This document shows, one piece after another, positions 11,878-23,500 of a stretch of 64,000 nt of DNA. Position 1 is the first letter of the stretch. The number at the start of each line of letters is the position of its first letter. The stretch covers positions 124,001 to 188,000 of the forward strand of contig OZ025700.1 in NCBI GenBank assembly GCA_964019335.1, given 5' to 3'. A model generated the notes under the pieces. That model was given only the letters and a program-made list of their open reading frames with translations, had not been told where the DNA came from and searched no databases. Source of the stretch: Diplonema japonicum (lineage: Eukaryota; Protista; Euglenozoa: Diplonemea). A program made the translations under genes and the position numbers.

Positions 11878-12508
11878 GGGGGGGTCACATGGGGGTGGTA
11901 AAGTGGGTTTTTTCAAATTCGGAAATGCAGAACACTGGAGCCGCTTAAACCATGTAAAACGCCCCTTTCTCGACCAAAAAATCGATTTCCGCCCGGTACT
12001 TTTTACTTTTGGGCACCTACAAGGCATTATTTTGCATTTTTAAAACTGGTGACCACGGTTTGGTACCTGGCCTGTTGTCTCCCCTGTAGTTTCTGAGTTT
12101 TCTGAAAGTTTTAGAATTTGACCATGGTTTGTTCCACCCTTTGAACGCGACTCTTTAGGACGCCGCTACCGTTTTGGACGGCAGAGTACTGTCTTACATT
12201 GTCCGATTGTGAACTTTTCTGTGTTTTGCACGGCATTTCTGATGAATATCTATCATTTTCCCGAGGTTAGGATGGTAACCCTTAGGGGGTAAGTTTGTTT
12301 TTGCAAATATTCGGGTACCAAACCGTGGTCACTGTTTTCAAAAATACAGATAAAGTGCCCAGAAATGCTCTAATCCGGCGGATTTTGATTTTTTGGTTAA
12401 TTTGGAGGGTATTGGGCGGTTTTTTTTTACCTTAGGGGAAAAAAATTTAAAAAACTTTTTTTTTTTCACGTTTAACCACGTTTTTTAGGACCATGTGACC
12501 CCCCCCTA
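11876..12508. mobile_element. Non-autonomous MITE / foldback element
   Basis: TIR TAG(7-8)TCACATGG at 11876 and its inverse ending at 12508. A second internal inverted repeat GTGACCACGGTTTGGTACC lies at ~12049-12067 and ~12314-12332. No coding capacity. Confidence 0.82.
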
Positions 12509-12914
12509 CCCCCCCCCCCCCCCAAACCCTTCCCACATTTTTATTGCTACCCATTACTAGGTTATGTGTTTTGTTTTCTCCTTTTTTTTTTGCAGATGGG
12601 GGTTAATTCCGTCTTTTCGCCGCCCCCTACCAACAAGTGATTGATAAATTGTTTATTTCTTCTCTCCACGGGGAATTAAAAAAAAAACCCCCCCTTTTTT
12701 TTATGTCTTCGTATCTTTTTCTTTCCCAACGCGAAAATAAAATAAAAAAAAGAAAATACACAAAAAAAAAATAGAATTAGAAGAACTGAAAAATGAAAAA
12801 AAAAGAATTTTTTATGGTACATTTTTTTTTGGAGGGGGGAGAGGAAAGGATGGGGTTTTTTCTTTTTTCTTTTTTTTTTTTTTTTAAAATCAAAAAAAAA
12901 AAAAAAAAAATCTG

Positions 12915-15155
12915 TCAAGAAGGAACGGAAGGGCTAGGTGGGACGGGGTACGCCTCAGAGAAGTCCCTGTAACCCATGTGAATGTGGGAATGGGTCGATC
13001 CAAAAGAAGCATTGGGTGGTGAATCGGCTGTCAGCCAGAAGTTATCAAAATTATCAAAGTCCTCTGTCAGATCTTCAGGATCGTCCGCCAGCACTGAAGA
13101 AGCCTGATTGTCGTCGTGGTTGTTCTCAGAGCTCACTGTAGAAGTGTCATCGTCAGGAGCAGGGCGGGATCTTCTGAGCCTGTTAATCTCCTTTGCCATC
13201 AAAGCTTTTTCTCTATGCAACCTTTTAATCTCCATTTCGTACTCCCGTTGCAAACCAGCAAGCCCAGCACAATCATCTCTTCCAGGAGATGAACCTTCTT
13301 CAGCATCTTCGCACACCAGCCCAGCTAAAGGCGACATAGCTGTTAAGCTACCGACCCTGCCTTCCCCAGCTGGTTCTTGTTCGCCGTATGCTTTCCATAA
13401 CCGCCGTCGCGCTGTCCATAATTCGTTTTGAACTCGTTTTAAAACACCTGCAAGCTCTCGTGCAACGCCTTCCCACTTCGCGTTGCTGTTCAGCTTCCGT
13501 TTGTCAGGTGGGACTGCTTTTCCTCCAGAGTACCTAAAAAAATACTCCTTCCAAATAAACAACGCATGTGGTCTGGTGTCGGGTTCCAGCGTCACGTCTG
13601 TCTTCTCATACCAAACATTCCTGTGCTCTGAAGGGTTGTCCTGTACATAGTCCCAGACAGAGGGTGTGTTGGGTAATATGTTCGAATCACGTATCTCCTT
13701 TGAATTGTCGCATATAAATGTTCCGAACCGCCCGCTGCTCACAGAGTCTGCTAGAAGTAATAACAAATCGTGTGAAAACTCGAAGCTTGTGGGGAACTGG
13801 TTGAGCAGCTGATACGTGCAATCGAGGAATTGTAGGAATATCGGTGACGCATCGTGTGATGACGACGCACCAAAACCAGAACGGGTTTTGAATTTGTGAC
13901 CTGCGTGGACCCACTCCCGTTCTACTAGACGGGAGAAGCCTTGTATTGTCCTGCAGTGGGGGTCGATGAGAAGCTGGGTTAATGAGACGACCTGTGCTGT
14001 GCGGTCCCACCCGTCGGAGCAGTGGAGGAGTAAATTGACGCCTTCACCGAGCCGTTTGGCGCAGTTGTTAGCGGAGTCCATTAGTAGTGCAAGGTATGTG
14101 AAGCATTGGGTGTCGTCGACCATCGCAAGCCAGCGTGAGATTTTGGGTGAGATCGACAGCGTTTCCATCTTTTTGTAGACCTCGCGGATCACGTGGATAT
14201 TGTCGATGTTGGCGAAGGTTACTGTGGTGTCGTAAGCAGTTTCATCTTCGTACCCGCCGCCTTGTAGTTTTTGCGCTTCTGCGTTGCATCGTGGACGGAG
14301 GTCGATTATCTCGATTCTATTTTTGTTTGAAGATAGTGATGCTACTAGTTTTTCATCGGCTGCATCGCGTTTTCCCAGCAAACCCGTCAACGGTTGGGAA
14401 CTTCTAGTCATTGCCGCGCGGGTCCTCTTGTGGTAATATGACAGTACCGGTGCGCGATTTTTCATCCTGAACTTCGAACAATTTTCCACGTCGCTGTCTG
14501 TGAGCGTGCTGGGAACGCATAGTTTTTCGGGGTAAGTCCCGCACATTTTGAAGTTTTCGTTTACAGTTGACATTCTCCAACCACCTCCGGTGGATGTCGC
14601 GCCTTGTCGGAGGAAATCTTGTTCGGGATCGAACCACCTTCCAAGGGTTGTTTTTTTGTTCTGAGCGAAACAGAACATCTTGTTTCGTGTGTCGGTTGGT
14701 GAGGATTCGATTATTAAGGTTAAGTACTCATACACCTTTCTGCGGGATCCGTCCAATGGGTTGAAGGCGAGCTTTATGAAGCACGAATCGCGAAAGTTTA
14801 GGTGTAATAGGTATGTGAAAAGTTTATCGTTGGCCGCCGCGCCGGTTTTTGTCACACACTTCAGTTTCAGTAACGGTACTTCAAAGAGAAGTGTTGTGCG
14901 GTCCCTGCCATCGACGAACAAGAGCCGGTAGCTGGTGATGATTAAGACACCTTTGACCCAGTTTTTGTCGTCGGCGGCAAGGTGGGGGTGTTCCCCCGGG
15001 CAGTAACATTCTTTAACAGATAGGTCGATTCTTTCCCCTTGCAGAAGAGGTGTAAATGGGTTTTCTTCAATAGTCTTTGCGCCGTCGTCGTCTGTGCCTT
15101 GGTACGACCCGCCACTCTCCGTGACGCTGAAGTTTGCAAGAAGAGATTTTAACAT
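12915..15155 (-). CDS. Myotubularin-family phosphoinositide 3-phosphatase (catalytically intact)
   Basis: PH-GRAM-like N-terminus, RSSQP, NIH, active site HCSDGWDRT, SPIFLQFLDC and a C-terminal coiled coil. Start taken at ATG 15155 (MLKSLL). Confidence 0.95.
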   Translation of the reverse strand: MLKSLLANFSVTESGGSYQGTDDDGAKTIEENPFTPLLQGERIDLSVKECYCPGEHPHLAADDKNWVKGVLIITSYRLLFVDGRDRTTLLFEVPLLKLKCVTKTGAAANDKLFTYLLHLNFRDSCFIKLAFNPLDGSRRKVYEYLTLIIESSPTDTRNKMFCFAQNKKTTLGRWFDPEQDFLRQGATSTGGGWRMSTVNENFKMCGTYPEKLCVPSTLTDSDVENCSKFRMKNRAPVLSYYHKRTRAAMTRSSQPLTGLLGKRDAADEKLVASLSSNKNRIEIIDLRPRCNAEAQKLQGGGYEDETAYDTTVTFANIDNIHVIREVYKKMETLSISPKISRWLAMVDDTQCFTYLALLMDSANNCAKRLGEGVNLLLHCSDGWDRTAQVVSLTQLLIDPHCRTIQGFSRLVEREWVHAGHKFKTRSGFGASSSHDASPIFLQFLDCTYQLLNQFPTSFEFSHDLLLLLADSVSSGRFGTFICDNSKEIRDSNILPNTPSVWDYVQDNPSEHRNVWYEKTDVTLEPDTRPHALFIWKEYFFRYSGGKAVPPDKRKLNSNAKWEGVARELAGVLKRVQNELWTARRRLWKAYGEQEPAGEGRVGSLTAMSPLAGLVCEDAEEGSSPGRDDCAGLAGLQREYEMEIKRLHREKALMAKEINRLRRSRPAPDDDTSTVSSENNHDDNQASSVLADDPEDLTEDFDNFDNFWLTADSPPNASFGSTHSHIHMGYRDFSEAYPVPPSPSVPS

Positions 15156-16336
15156 CCCCCTCCGATCCTGAGGTATATTACGAACGGGCAATTTGTTATA
15201 TGATAAAAATAAGGGGGGGAAAAAAAAAATGCTTGACATTCACTGGCAATACTCAAAGGGGGAAAAAAAATTTGTAAAAAAAAAAAAAAAAAAGAATGGA
15301 TGGAGGATGTTTCCTCCTTTTTTTTTTGTTTTGTTTAAAGGCAGACAGAGATTACGGAATGGTGGGGGAATAAGAAAAAAAAAGGATGGGGGGGAGGGAA
15401 GGGAGGGAGGGAGGGTATCGTGCTTGAGAGGAAATAAGTGAATTAAAAAAAAGGGGGAGGGGGGGGAAAGGATTTTCTTTGGGGGGTAGAGGGGGAGTAC
15501 AGTAAGGTATCTTTTAACCTGTACTACCCCCCCCTCCCCCTACCCTCCTCTTCCCTCCCCTCTCCTTTATTTTTTTTATTCTTCCCGTCGTTTTTTTTTT
15601 TTGTTTTCCCTCTTTTTCGTTATTCTTCCCTGTGTTCCCCCACCGCGCCCCCATTTTTTTCCTTTTTTTTTCTTTCTTTTCTCCTCAATTTATATATATT
15701 TTTTTTTCCCTCCGAATTCCATTGGAATCGAAGAAAAAGCGGAGAGAGGGCTAAGAGGTACTACTACCTCAGACCCCCCTTGCTGGAGAGAGACTTTGAT
15801 GGACACAACGATTTTTCATCTTTTTTTTTTGTTTTCCTTCGACTCAAAACATAGGGGGTCGAGTGAAAATTATTTTCTTTTTTACCGTTTTTTCTTTTTT
15901 TTTTTTAATTTAAATCGGGGTCCACATAAAGTAAGTGCAGTAATGTCAATAGACATCATTTGCAGTGAATAATGGTTTGTATTTTTTTTTTTTCCAAAAG
16001 AAAAGTGTATTGTATTCAAAATTTGAGTTTTTTTTTTTTTTTTTTTTTTAAAGTTCCGCCGAAGCAAAGTTTCGATTAATTCCAAATGAGAAAAAAAATA
16101 TTGATTCAATTCAAAAAATAAAATAAAGCAAAAAGGTAACTGCTAACATTTTCTTCAAGGTAAATGGTTCTTCATCTTGCTAGCTGCTACGCCCATAGTT
16201 AGTTGGACCGGGCAGTATTGAGGAAGTCAAGCAAAAGGGGGAAACAAAAATAAGAGAGAGAAATGGGAAACAAACAAAAATAGAACAGAATGAATGTAAA
16301 AGAAAATACAATATTTCAAATGACTGACTGCCAACA

Positions 16337-17344
16337 TCACGCAACAACAGTCACGGGCTCGTTCTGCTGAACAGGGCTGGGTTCTTCCTTGTTGGCCACC
16401 TGGGCATTCTTCTGGTGGACGAAGTAGAAGACAGCCCCGGCGATGAGGGCGACGCCGACCACGCAGCCGATCACGATGAGGGCGATCTCCCAGCCCTCGA
16501 GGGAGTCGTCGGAGGAGGGGGCCTTGTAGTCGGGGTTCGACACCAGCACCTCCACCTCATCGAACTCCACCTGCTGGATCTTGAAGGTTGCGAGCTCAGC
16601 GTCCTTCGACTCCTCCACCTTCTTCACCACAGCCGCCTCCCTCGCCGTCCCCGTGCCAGCAGCTGCCGTGTAGTCGAAGGTCACCTCCGCAGTGCTCCCG
16701 GTCTCCCCAGCCAGCACTGTAAGCGAACGCCCAAGAGGGGTGAGAACCAGCTCAGAGGTGCACCCCAGGGCCAGCTTGTCGGTCTCTGTCCTGGGGCATC
16801 CGAAGAGGCACGCCGTCAAGGGGCAGGTCCAGTGGAAGTGCACCGCCGTCGTCTCATCCTTCAGAACGCGGAGGAGGACCGTCCCGAGCTTCGAGGTGTC
16901 GAGGGCAGCCTTCAGGACGTTCATCTTCAGCCTGAGCACCCTTCGCACCACCTTGATGATCCTCCCGTCCTGTCGGGGCACAGGGACCGCCACGACGGTG
17001 GGCACAGGGGTGTCGGCACATTCGCAGAACTCGTTGCACTTTGTGAGGTCGTCCGCACCGATGCACACGCTCTCGCAGTTCGCAGGGGCGCCAGCAGGGG
17101 CGGGGTCCTTCAGGCGGAAGGTGGTGCACGGGATACACTCGCACAGCTGTGCCACCCCGCGTGTGGGGAAGCACGCCGACCGCGTCACAGGGTTCCCGCA
17201 CAGTGCTGGACAGTCTGTGTCGCTCTTCACGGTGGTCGGGCGCCACCCTTGGCAGAAGACAGCAGGCTCGTCGTCCACAGGGGCGTCCGCAGCAAAGCTG
17301 CAGCCCACAAGCGCAAGCATGGTGATAGTCGCGAAGGTCTTCAT
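16337..17344 (-). CDS. Short Cys-rich type I surface protein, copy 1 (335 aa)
   Basis: Signal peptide, two small Cys modules, a membrane-proximal domain with HWTCPLTAC, TM helix WEIALIVIGCVVGVALIAGAVFYF and a short tail. Confidence 0.9.
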   Translation of the reverse strand: MKTFATITMLALVGCSFAADAPVDDEPAVFCQGWRPTTVKSDTDCPALCGNPVTRSACFPTRGVAQLCECIPCTTFRLKDPAPAGAPANCESVCIGADDLTKCNEFCECADTPVPTVVAVPVPRQDGRIIKVVRRVLRLKMNVLKAALDTSKLGTVLLRVLKDETTAVHFHWTCPLTACLFGCPRTETDKLALGCTSELVLTPLGRSLTVLAGETGSTAEVTFDYTAAAGTGTAREAAVVKKVEESKDAELATFKIQQVEFDEVEVLVSNPDYKAPSSDDSLEGWEIALIVIGCVVGVALIAGAVFYFVHQKNAQVANKEEPSPVQQNEPVTVVA

Positions 17345-18353
17345 TGTTGCTTTGTGTGTGTGTTTGTTTTTTGTTAACGTGAAAAACCTGCGATGAGTGT
17401 AATTTAGATGTCACTAAATATCTTCAAAAAGAATACTGGACAAAAAGGCTGGCTCGAAAGAGTGGAGAATTAGTATATTTTTTTTGGGGGTTCAGATAAA
17501 AAGAAAAAAGAGAGAAAAGGCAGACAGGTATAAAATAGATTTGTATTTTTTTTTTTTTAATTTATACATTTTCTTCCTCATCCTTGTTTCATCCATGTTT
17601 CCTTTCCCGTCGGGTCAAAAGAAAACAGAGGGATGAGAGGAGGGCGGGGAGAGAAAAATAGGTGGCAAAACGGAGGAGATACCTTCATCCCTTGAGCCAT
17701 CAGAGAGAGAGACGATACCCTTGTTTTCAGGTTACCTTTCCCGTCACATGTGTCTTTCTTTCGGTACTTTCAGAAAGCCTGGCGAAGCAGGGCGCCGAAT
17801 GAAGTTATCGCATACAGGAAATGCTCACTAGAAAAGGGAGAAAAGTTAAAGATCGAAGAACAGCATATTCCTTTTGTTTTTGTTTACTTAATGCTGGAGT
17901 GTGTATGTTAAAGTTCCGCCGAGGCAGTTCAATTCTTTGGAAAAGAAAGGAAAAAAAAAAGGGTTCAGTAGTTGTACAGGTCGCAAGAACAAAAAGAATG
18001 AAGAAGAAAACGGATAGGCGGTGGGAAAAAAGAAATTTTTAAAAAAAAGGAAACTTTCTTTCAGTTTTCCTTCCCCCCCCCCCTCCACATGCCTCTCTCT
18101 TCTTTTTCTCTTTGCCCTTTTGTAGAACAACCCTTGTTCGAAGAAGAAAAAATGAAGTTAGAAAACAAAACAAAAAAAAAGCCAATAAAACAAAAGAAAA
18201 TACGAGCAGCTCAGTTCTGGATTGGAAAAAGAAAAATAGTGTCCAGCAAAAGAAAGAGGAAAAATAGATATAAGTAGGGACAAAGTAAGCAACTGTGGAG
18301 GTATAAATAGAAAAAATGAAATTACAGAAAGCGGGGTGTCTGCCACTTGTCAA

Positions 18354-19361
18354 TCACGCAACAACAGTCACGGGCTCGTTCTGCTGAACAGGGCTGGGTT
18401 CTTCCTTGTTGGCCACCTGGGCATTCTTCTGGTGGACGAAGTAGAAGACAGCCCCGGCGATGAGGGCGACGCCGACCACGCAGCCGATCACGATGAGGGC
18501 GATCTCCCAGCCCTCGAGGGAGTCGTCGGAGGAGGGGGCCTTGTAGTCGGGGTTCGACACCAGCACCTCCACCTCATCGAACTCCACCTGCTGGATCTTG
18601 AAGGTTGCGAGCTCAGCGTCCTTCGACTCCTCCACCTTCTTCACCACAGCCGCCTCCCTCGCCGTCCCCGTGCCAGCAGCTGCCGTGTAGTCGAAGGTCA
18701 CCTCCGCAGTGCTCCCGGTCTCCCCAGCCAGCACTGTAAGCGAACGCCCAAGAGGGGTGAGAACCAGCTCAGAGGTGCACCCCAGGGCCAGCTTGTCGGT
18801 CTCTGTCCTGGGGCATCCGAAGAGGCACGCCGTCAAGGGGCAGGTCCAGTGGAAGTGCACCGCCGTCGTCTCATCCTTCAGAACGCGGAGGAGGACCGTC
18901 CCGAGCTTCGAGGTGTCGAGGGCAGCCTTCAGGACGTTCATCTTCAGCCTGAGCACCCTTCGCACCACCTTGATGATCCTCCCGTCCTGTCGGGGCACAG
19001 GGACCGCCACGACGGTGGGCACAGGGGTGTCGGCACATTCGCAGAACTCGTTGCACTTTGTGAGGTCGTCCGCACCGATGCACACGCTCTCGCAGTTCGC
19101 AGGGGCGCCAGCAGGGGCGGGGTCCTTCAGGCGGAAGGTGGTGCACGGGATACACTCGCACAGCTGTGCCACCCCGCGTGTGGGGAAGCACGCCGACCGC
19201 GTCACAGGGTTCCCGCACAGTGCTGGACAGTCTGTGTCGCTCTTCACGGTGGTCGGGCGCCACCCTTGGCAGAAGACAGCAGGCTCGTCGTCCACAGGGG
19301 CGTCCGCAGCAAAGCTGCAGCCCACAAGCGCAAGTATGGTGATAGTCGCGAAGGTCTTCAT
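18354..19361 (-). CDS. Short Cys-rich type I surface protein, copy 2 (335 aa)
   Basis: Protein identical to copy 1 except M9I. Confidence 0.9.
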   Translation of the reverse strand: MKTFATITILALVGCSFAADAPVDDEPAVFCQGWRPTTVKSDTDCPALCGNPVTRSACFPTRGVAQLCECIPCTTFRLKDPAPAGAPANCESVCIGADDLTKCNEFCECADTPVPTVVAVPVPRQDGRIIKVVRRVLRLKMNVLKAALDTSKLGTVLLRVLKDETTAVHFHWTCPLTACLFGCPRTETDKLALGCTSELVLTPLGRSLTVLAGETGSTAEVTFDYTAAAGTGTAREAAVVKKVEESKDAELATFKIQQVEFDEVEVLVSNPDYKAPSSDDSLEGWEIALIVIGCVVGVALIAGAVFYFVHQKNAQVANKEEPSPVQQNEPVTVVA

Positions 19362-20570
19362 TGTTGCTTTGTGTGTGTTGTTGTAGTTATCCTGTCGTGG
19401 GATCTAGGTAGGTACGCGGGGACGGGCCCGAAAAAATAGAGAGGAAAAGGAGAAAAAAAAAACGAAGAAGCAAACTCAGTAAGAAGGGGTTTTCTCAGGG
19501 GACCTTTTTTGAGGGTCGTCCTTTGGAAAGAGTTAGCTAATATTTCTTTTACATTTCCCTGATTTCTTATTCTTCTGGTTAATGTCCCAATCTTTTTTTT
19601 TTTTTTTTTTAAAATTTTTGTCAGTCTTAATGAAGTCGCGTTGCTGTTTTCTTTCTTTTCTTCTCATCTTCCATCAAAGATTAAGAAACAAAAACACTGG
19701 CGCATTTATCTACAACTATTACACCTGAAAATAAAATAGAGAGAGGGAAAGGGAGAGAGAGAGAGGACGAGAATAAACAGGTAAGTCCTTCTTTTTTTTA
19801 ACAAACAAATAAATTGTAATAAATTAGTTAGTTTGCAGGCTATCTCATTTTTTTTCTCGTCCTCTTTAGGATCGCGAAGTATATCCCCCAGAGAAGAGGG
19901 GTTAAGAATTGGTTAAAGAAACACAAGGGGGGCGCTTATCCTGGGAAAGGAAGACCTCTGCCGGATGTGCGGGAAAATAAAATAAAATAAAAAAATCCGC
20001 TTTTTTTTTCGAAACAAGCTCTGTGTGTTGGAAGTTTTATGTTCTCGATCGGAGGGAAAAGCCTTCTGTTAAAAAAAAAAAATACATTATGTAGGAGAAA
20101 AAAAAAGTACCGAGGAGAAGGGACACTTTTTTTCGCTGCCACATACGCTGCGAGAGTAGAAAGAAAGAAAAAAAGAAGAGAACATCATATTTTGTTAATA
20201 CTGCTGTTGTTTTTCTTCTCCAAGCTTCTTTCATTGCGGGCATTGTTGCACCGGGAAAAAAAGGGGGGGTGAGGGGAAAATAAAGTGGGGCTTTGGTTGC
20301 AACACTATTTAAAGTTAAGTGTGCAGTGGGTAAAGAAGAAACAAGATTTTTTAAGCCCTTAAAAAGGCAGAACTTGTACAAAAAAAAAAAAAGAAAGAAA
20401 AGAAAAAGCCACAAAAATTATGTCGTTCCTCTCATGACAGCGGAGAGTAGCGATGCATCAGAAGGGGGGAAAAAAAGAGAGAAAAATTATGGGGGGGGGC
20501 GCACGAACGTTGTTTTTACACAATACAATTGCTCGTTGCATTGCCAACAAAAACTGTTGTTGGTTTCTTC

Positions 20571-23500
20571 TCAGACATCTGTCTCTTTAATGGGTTCGTT
20601 CTCATTGGGGTTTGTTTCGGCCTTAGGTCGGTTTTGCTTGAGGAAGATGATGAGGAAAACAATGATTGCGACAGCAAAGCACGCTGTCATAATGAGGGCG
20701 ATCTCCCAGCCCTCGAGGGAGTCGTCGGAGGAGGGGGCCTTGTAGTCGGGGTTCGACACCAGTACCTCCGCCTCGTCGAACTCCACCCCCTCTACACCAA
20801 ATTCAGCAAGCTCGCCGTTAGTGGCATCTCTCACCTTTTGCAAGACCTGCTCCTCCAGAGCTGCGTCCTCTGCCGCCCCTTGCTCGTATTCCAGACCCAC
20901 CTCCACAACTGTCCCGTTGTCAGTTTCGAGAATGGCAAATCCCCTTCCATTTGTCAACACCAGTTCGGATGTGCAGCCCAAAGCTAACTTCGCCGCCTCT
21001 GTCCTGGGGCACCCGAACAGGCACGCCGTCACAGGGCAGGTCCAGTGCACACTGACGCCTCTTGCCAACCCGAACAGCACACGCAGCAGCACAGATTGGA
21101 ACCTTATCAAGTTGAACAGTGCACGAAGGATGCGCATCCTCAACCTGCAGATTCTTCTAATCAGCCTCAAGAGCCTCCCGCCTTGAAGCGGCACAGGCGT
21201 TGCAGCGATGGTAGGTATAGGTGTGTCCGCACATTCGCAGAACTGCCTGCACAGAGACAAGTCAAGCACCCCGAAGCACACGTTGTCGCAGTCAGTGACA
21301 AGACCACCGATGGGCGTTTGCACCTTCAGCTGGAAAGACGTGCAGGGGACGCACTCGCACAGCTGCGTCACACCAGGTGTGCCTTTGCACACACTGTCTG
21401 TGAGGGGGTTCTCGCATAGAGAGTTGCAGTCTGTGTTGCCGTTCACTGTGGTCGTTCTCCACATAGTACAGATAGGGGGTGCGGGTGTCGGTTCATTTGT
21501 AGGTACAACAGTGGGAACAGAAGTCGGCACAGAGGTGGGAACAGCAGTGGGGATGGCTGTGGGAATAGCTGTCGGCACAGCTGTGGGCACGGCAGTGGGA
21601 ACAAAGGTGGGGACGGTTGTGGGGAAAGCAGTGGGCTCACTGGTAATGTCATCCACTGGCGTCTCGTCAGCAGGCACTTCATCAATAGGGACATCGATAG
21701 AACGGTCAGCTGGGGCCAAAGTTGGTTCAGGGGTTAGCACGGCTGTGGGGATGGCAGTCGGCACTGCAGTGGGGGAAGCAGTAGGTACAGGAGTGGGCAC
21801 AGCGGTCGGCACTGCAGTAGGAGGAACAACAGTGGGGAGAGCGGTTGGTACAGAAGTGGGCACGGCGGTGGGTACGGCGGTCGGCACTACAGTTGGGGGA
21901 GCAGCAGTAGTGGGCACAGATGTAGGTACGGCAGTAGGAGTTGCGGTCGGCACTTGAGTGTCAGGTGCGCTGGTCTTCTCTACAGTACACTCACAGATCT
22001 GTAGCCCACCCGCACTGGTGCTGCAGATTGGGTTGGAAGCATCGGAAAGGCAAACAAAGTTGCAGAACAGGTCTTCGATGTTAGAGTTGTAGTTACTGAG
22101 TGCACCCTGCACAGCGCGCCATTTGGGACAGATCTGGACAGCATTTGGATCGTGAGCCAGCAGGTCCTTGTGGCAAGCATTGTAGCCTGTGCACTTTGCA
22201 GTGACATCCCCACAGATACTGGCCTTCTTGATATCTGCGCACGACCACGCACCGCTGCACTCGATCTCACAGATGGCGCCGTTCTGCGGACTGTCCGGAC
22301 ACTTCAGCGTCAACCCCTTGCAGGACTCCATACCGCTGCACTCGACTTTGCAGTTGCCATTGGGGCACTCAATGACAGCCCCGGCACATGAATGTGTGGC
22401 AGTGCAGGTGATGGTTTTCAGCACATTCAATGTCTGGAGCTCAACAGCTGCGTTCTTGCAAGACTCGAACGCCGTGCATTGAACGGAGCAAGCATCGCCC
22501 GTGCAGCGGTACTCAGCAGCCTGGCAGGACGATACTGCGCTGCATGCGAGGCTACAGTGGCCAGAGTCGCACTGAATGGGAGTGGCCTCACAGGACGAGG
22601 CACCAGAGCACTCTACGGCGCAGTACGTCGTAGCAGCCTCACAGTGCATCGCAGGTGCAAACCCTGCACCCAAAGCAGGCGTGTTGCACGCCGACATGTC
22701 CTGGTCGTCTGAGTCGTCTGCCAGCACGTTTGCAACCCTGCTGGTCACCCTATCACGGTCCAGCATCTTGCACGACTCACTGCCACTGCATTCGATAGTG
22801 ACTCTGCTGCTGCTGGATGACATGATGGACCCCGTGCTGCATGCCAGTTCCCCGATACAGTTCACGTCACACTCGCCGCCTCCGCATACAAGTGCAGAGT
22901 CATAGCATTCCTTCCTTTCGTCACACTGGATGGAACAGGGGCCACTGCTGGGACACTCGCATCTGGAGCTAGCGGTGCACCCCACTGCGCTGTTGTCGCA
23001 TTCGCATTGCTGGTAGTTCACTGGTCCGGTGCTGGGAACGCAAAGGTAAGACAAGATGTTGTGCGAGCAAATGTGGTTGCAAGCAGCGATGCCATAAGCG
23101 CTCTGCGAGATGGGGCGCCACCCAATGCAGGGCTCAACAGGTGCGGCGGCGTCGAGGGGCGAGCTCACTGGTGCTGCACTGGGTGCCTTGGTGCCGCAAG
23201 TGCAAAAGGCCACGTTCAGCACATCCACAACATCGCACACTACATTGGCAACATCGTCGGTGCACAGCAGCTGGCATGCAGCATCTCCGTACCCTTGGAG
23301 GCTTCCTAGACTGGTGGCCACCCAGTCGCACACGGGGGCTGGGTTTGGCACACGTGCCAGCAGGTCATCAGTGCACGCCTTGTACCCTTTGCAGCTTGCG
23401 GTGACGTCTCCGCACAGGTGGTCGCCCTCAACCCCGACGCACGACATGTCGCCGTTGCACTGCAACTCGCATTTCTTGCCGTTCAAGTTGTCCGGGCACT

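Noticed and set aside
16415-19439. Long plus-strand ORFs (225-367 aa) overlapping the surface-protein genes
   Set aside because: Antisense shadows of GC3-rich coding sequence, repeated only because the sense genes are repeated.
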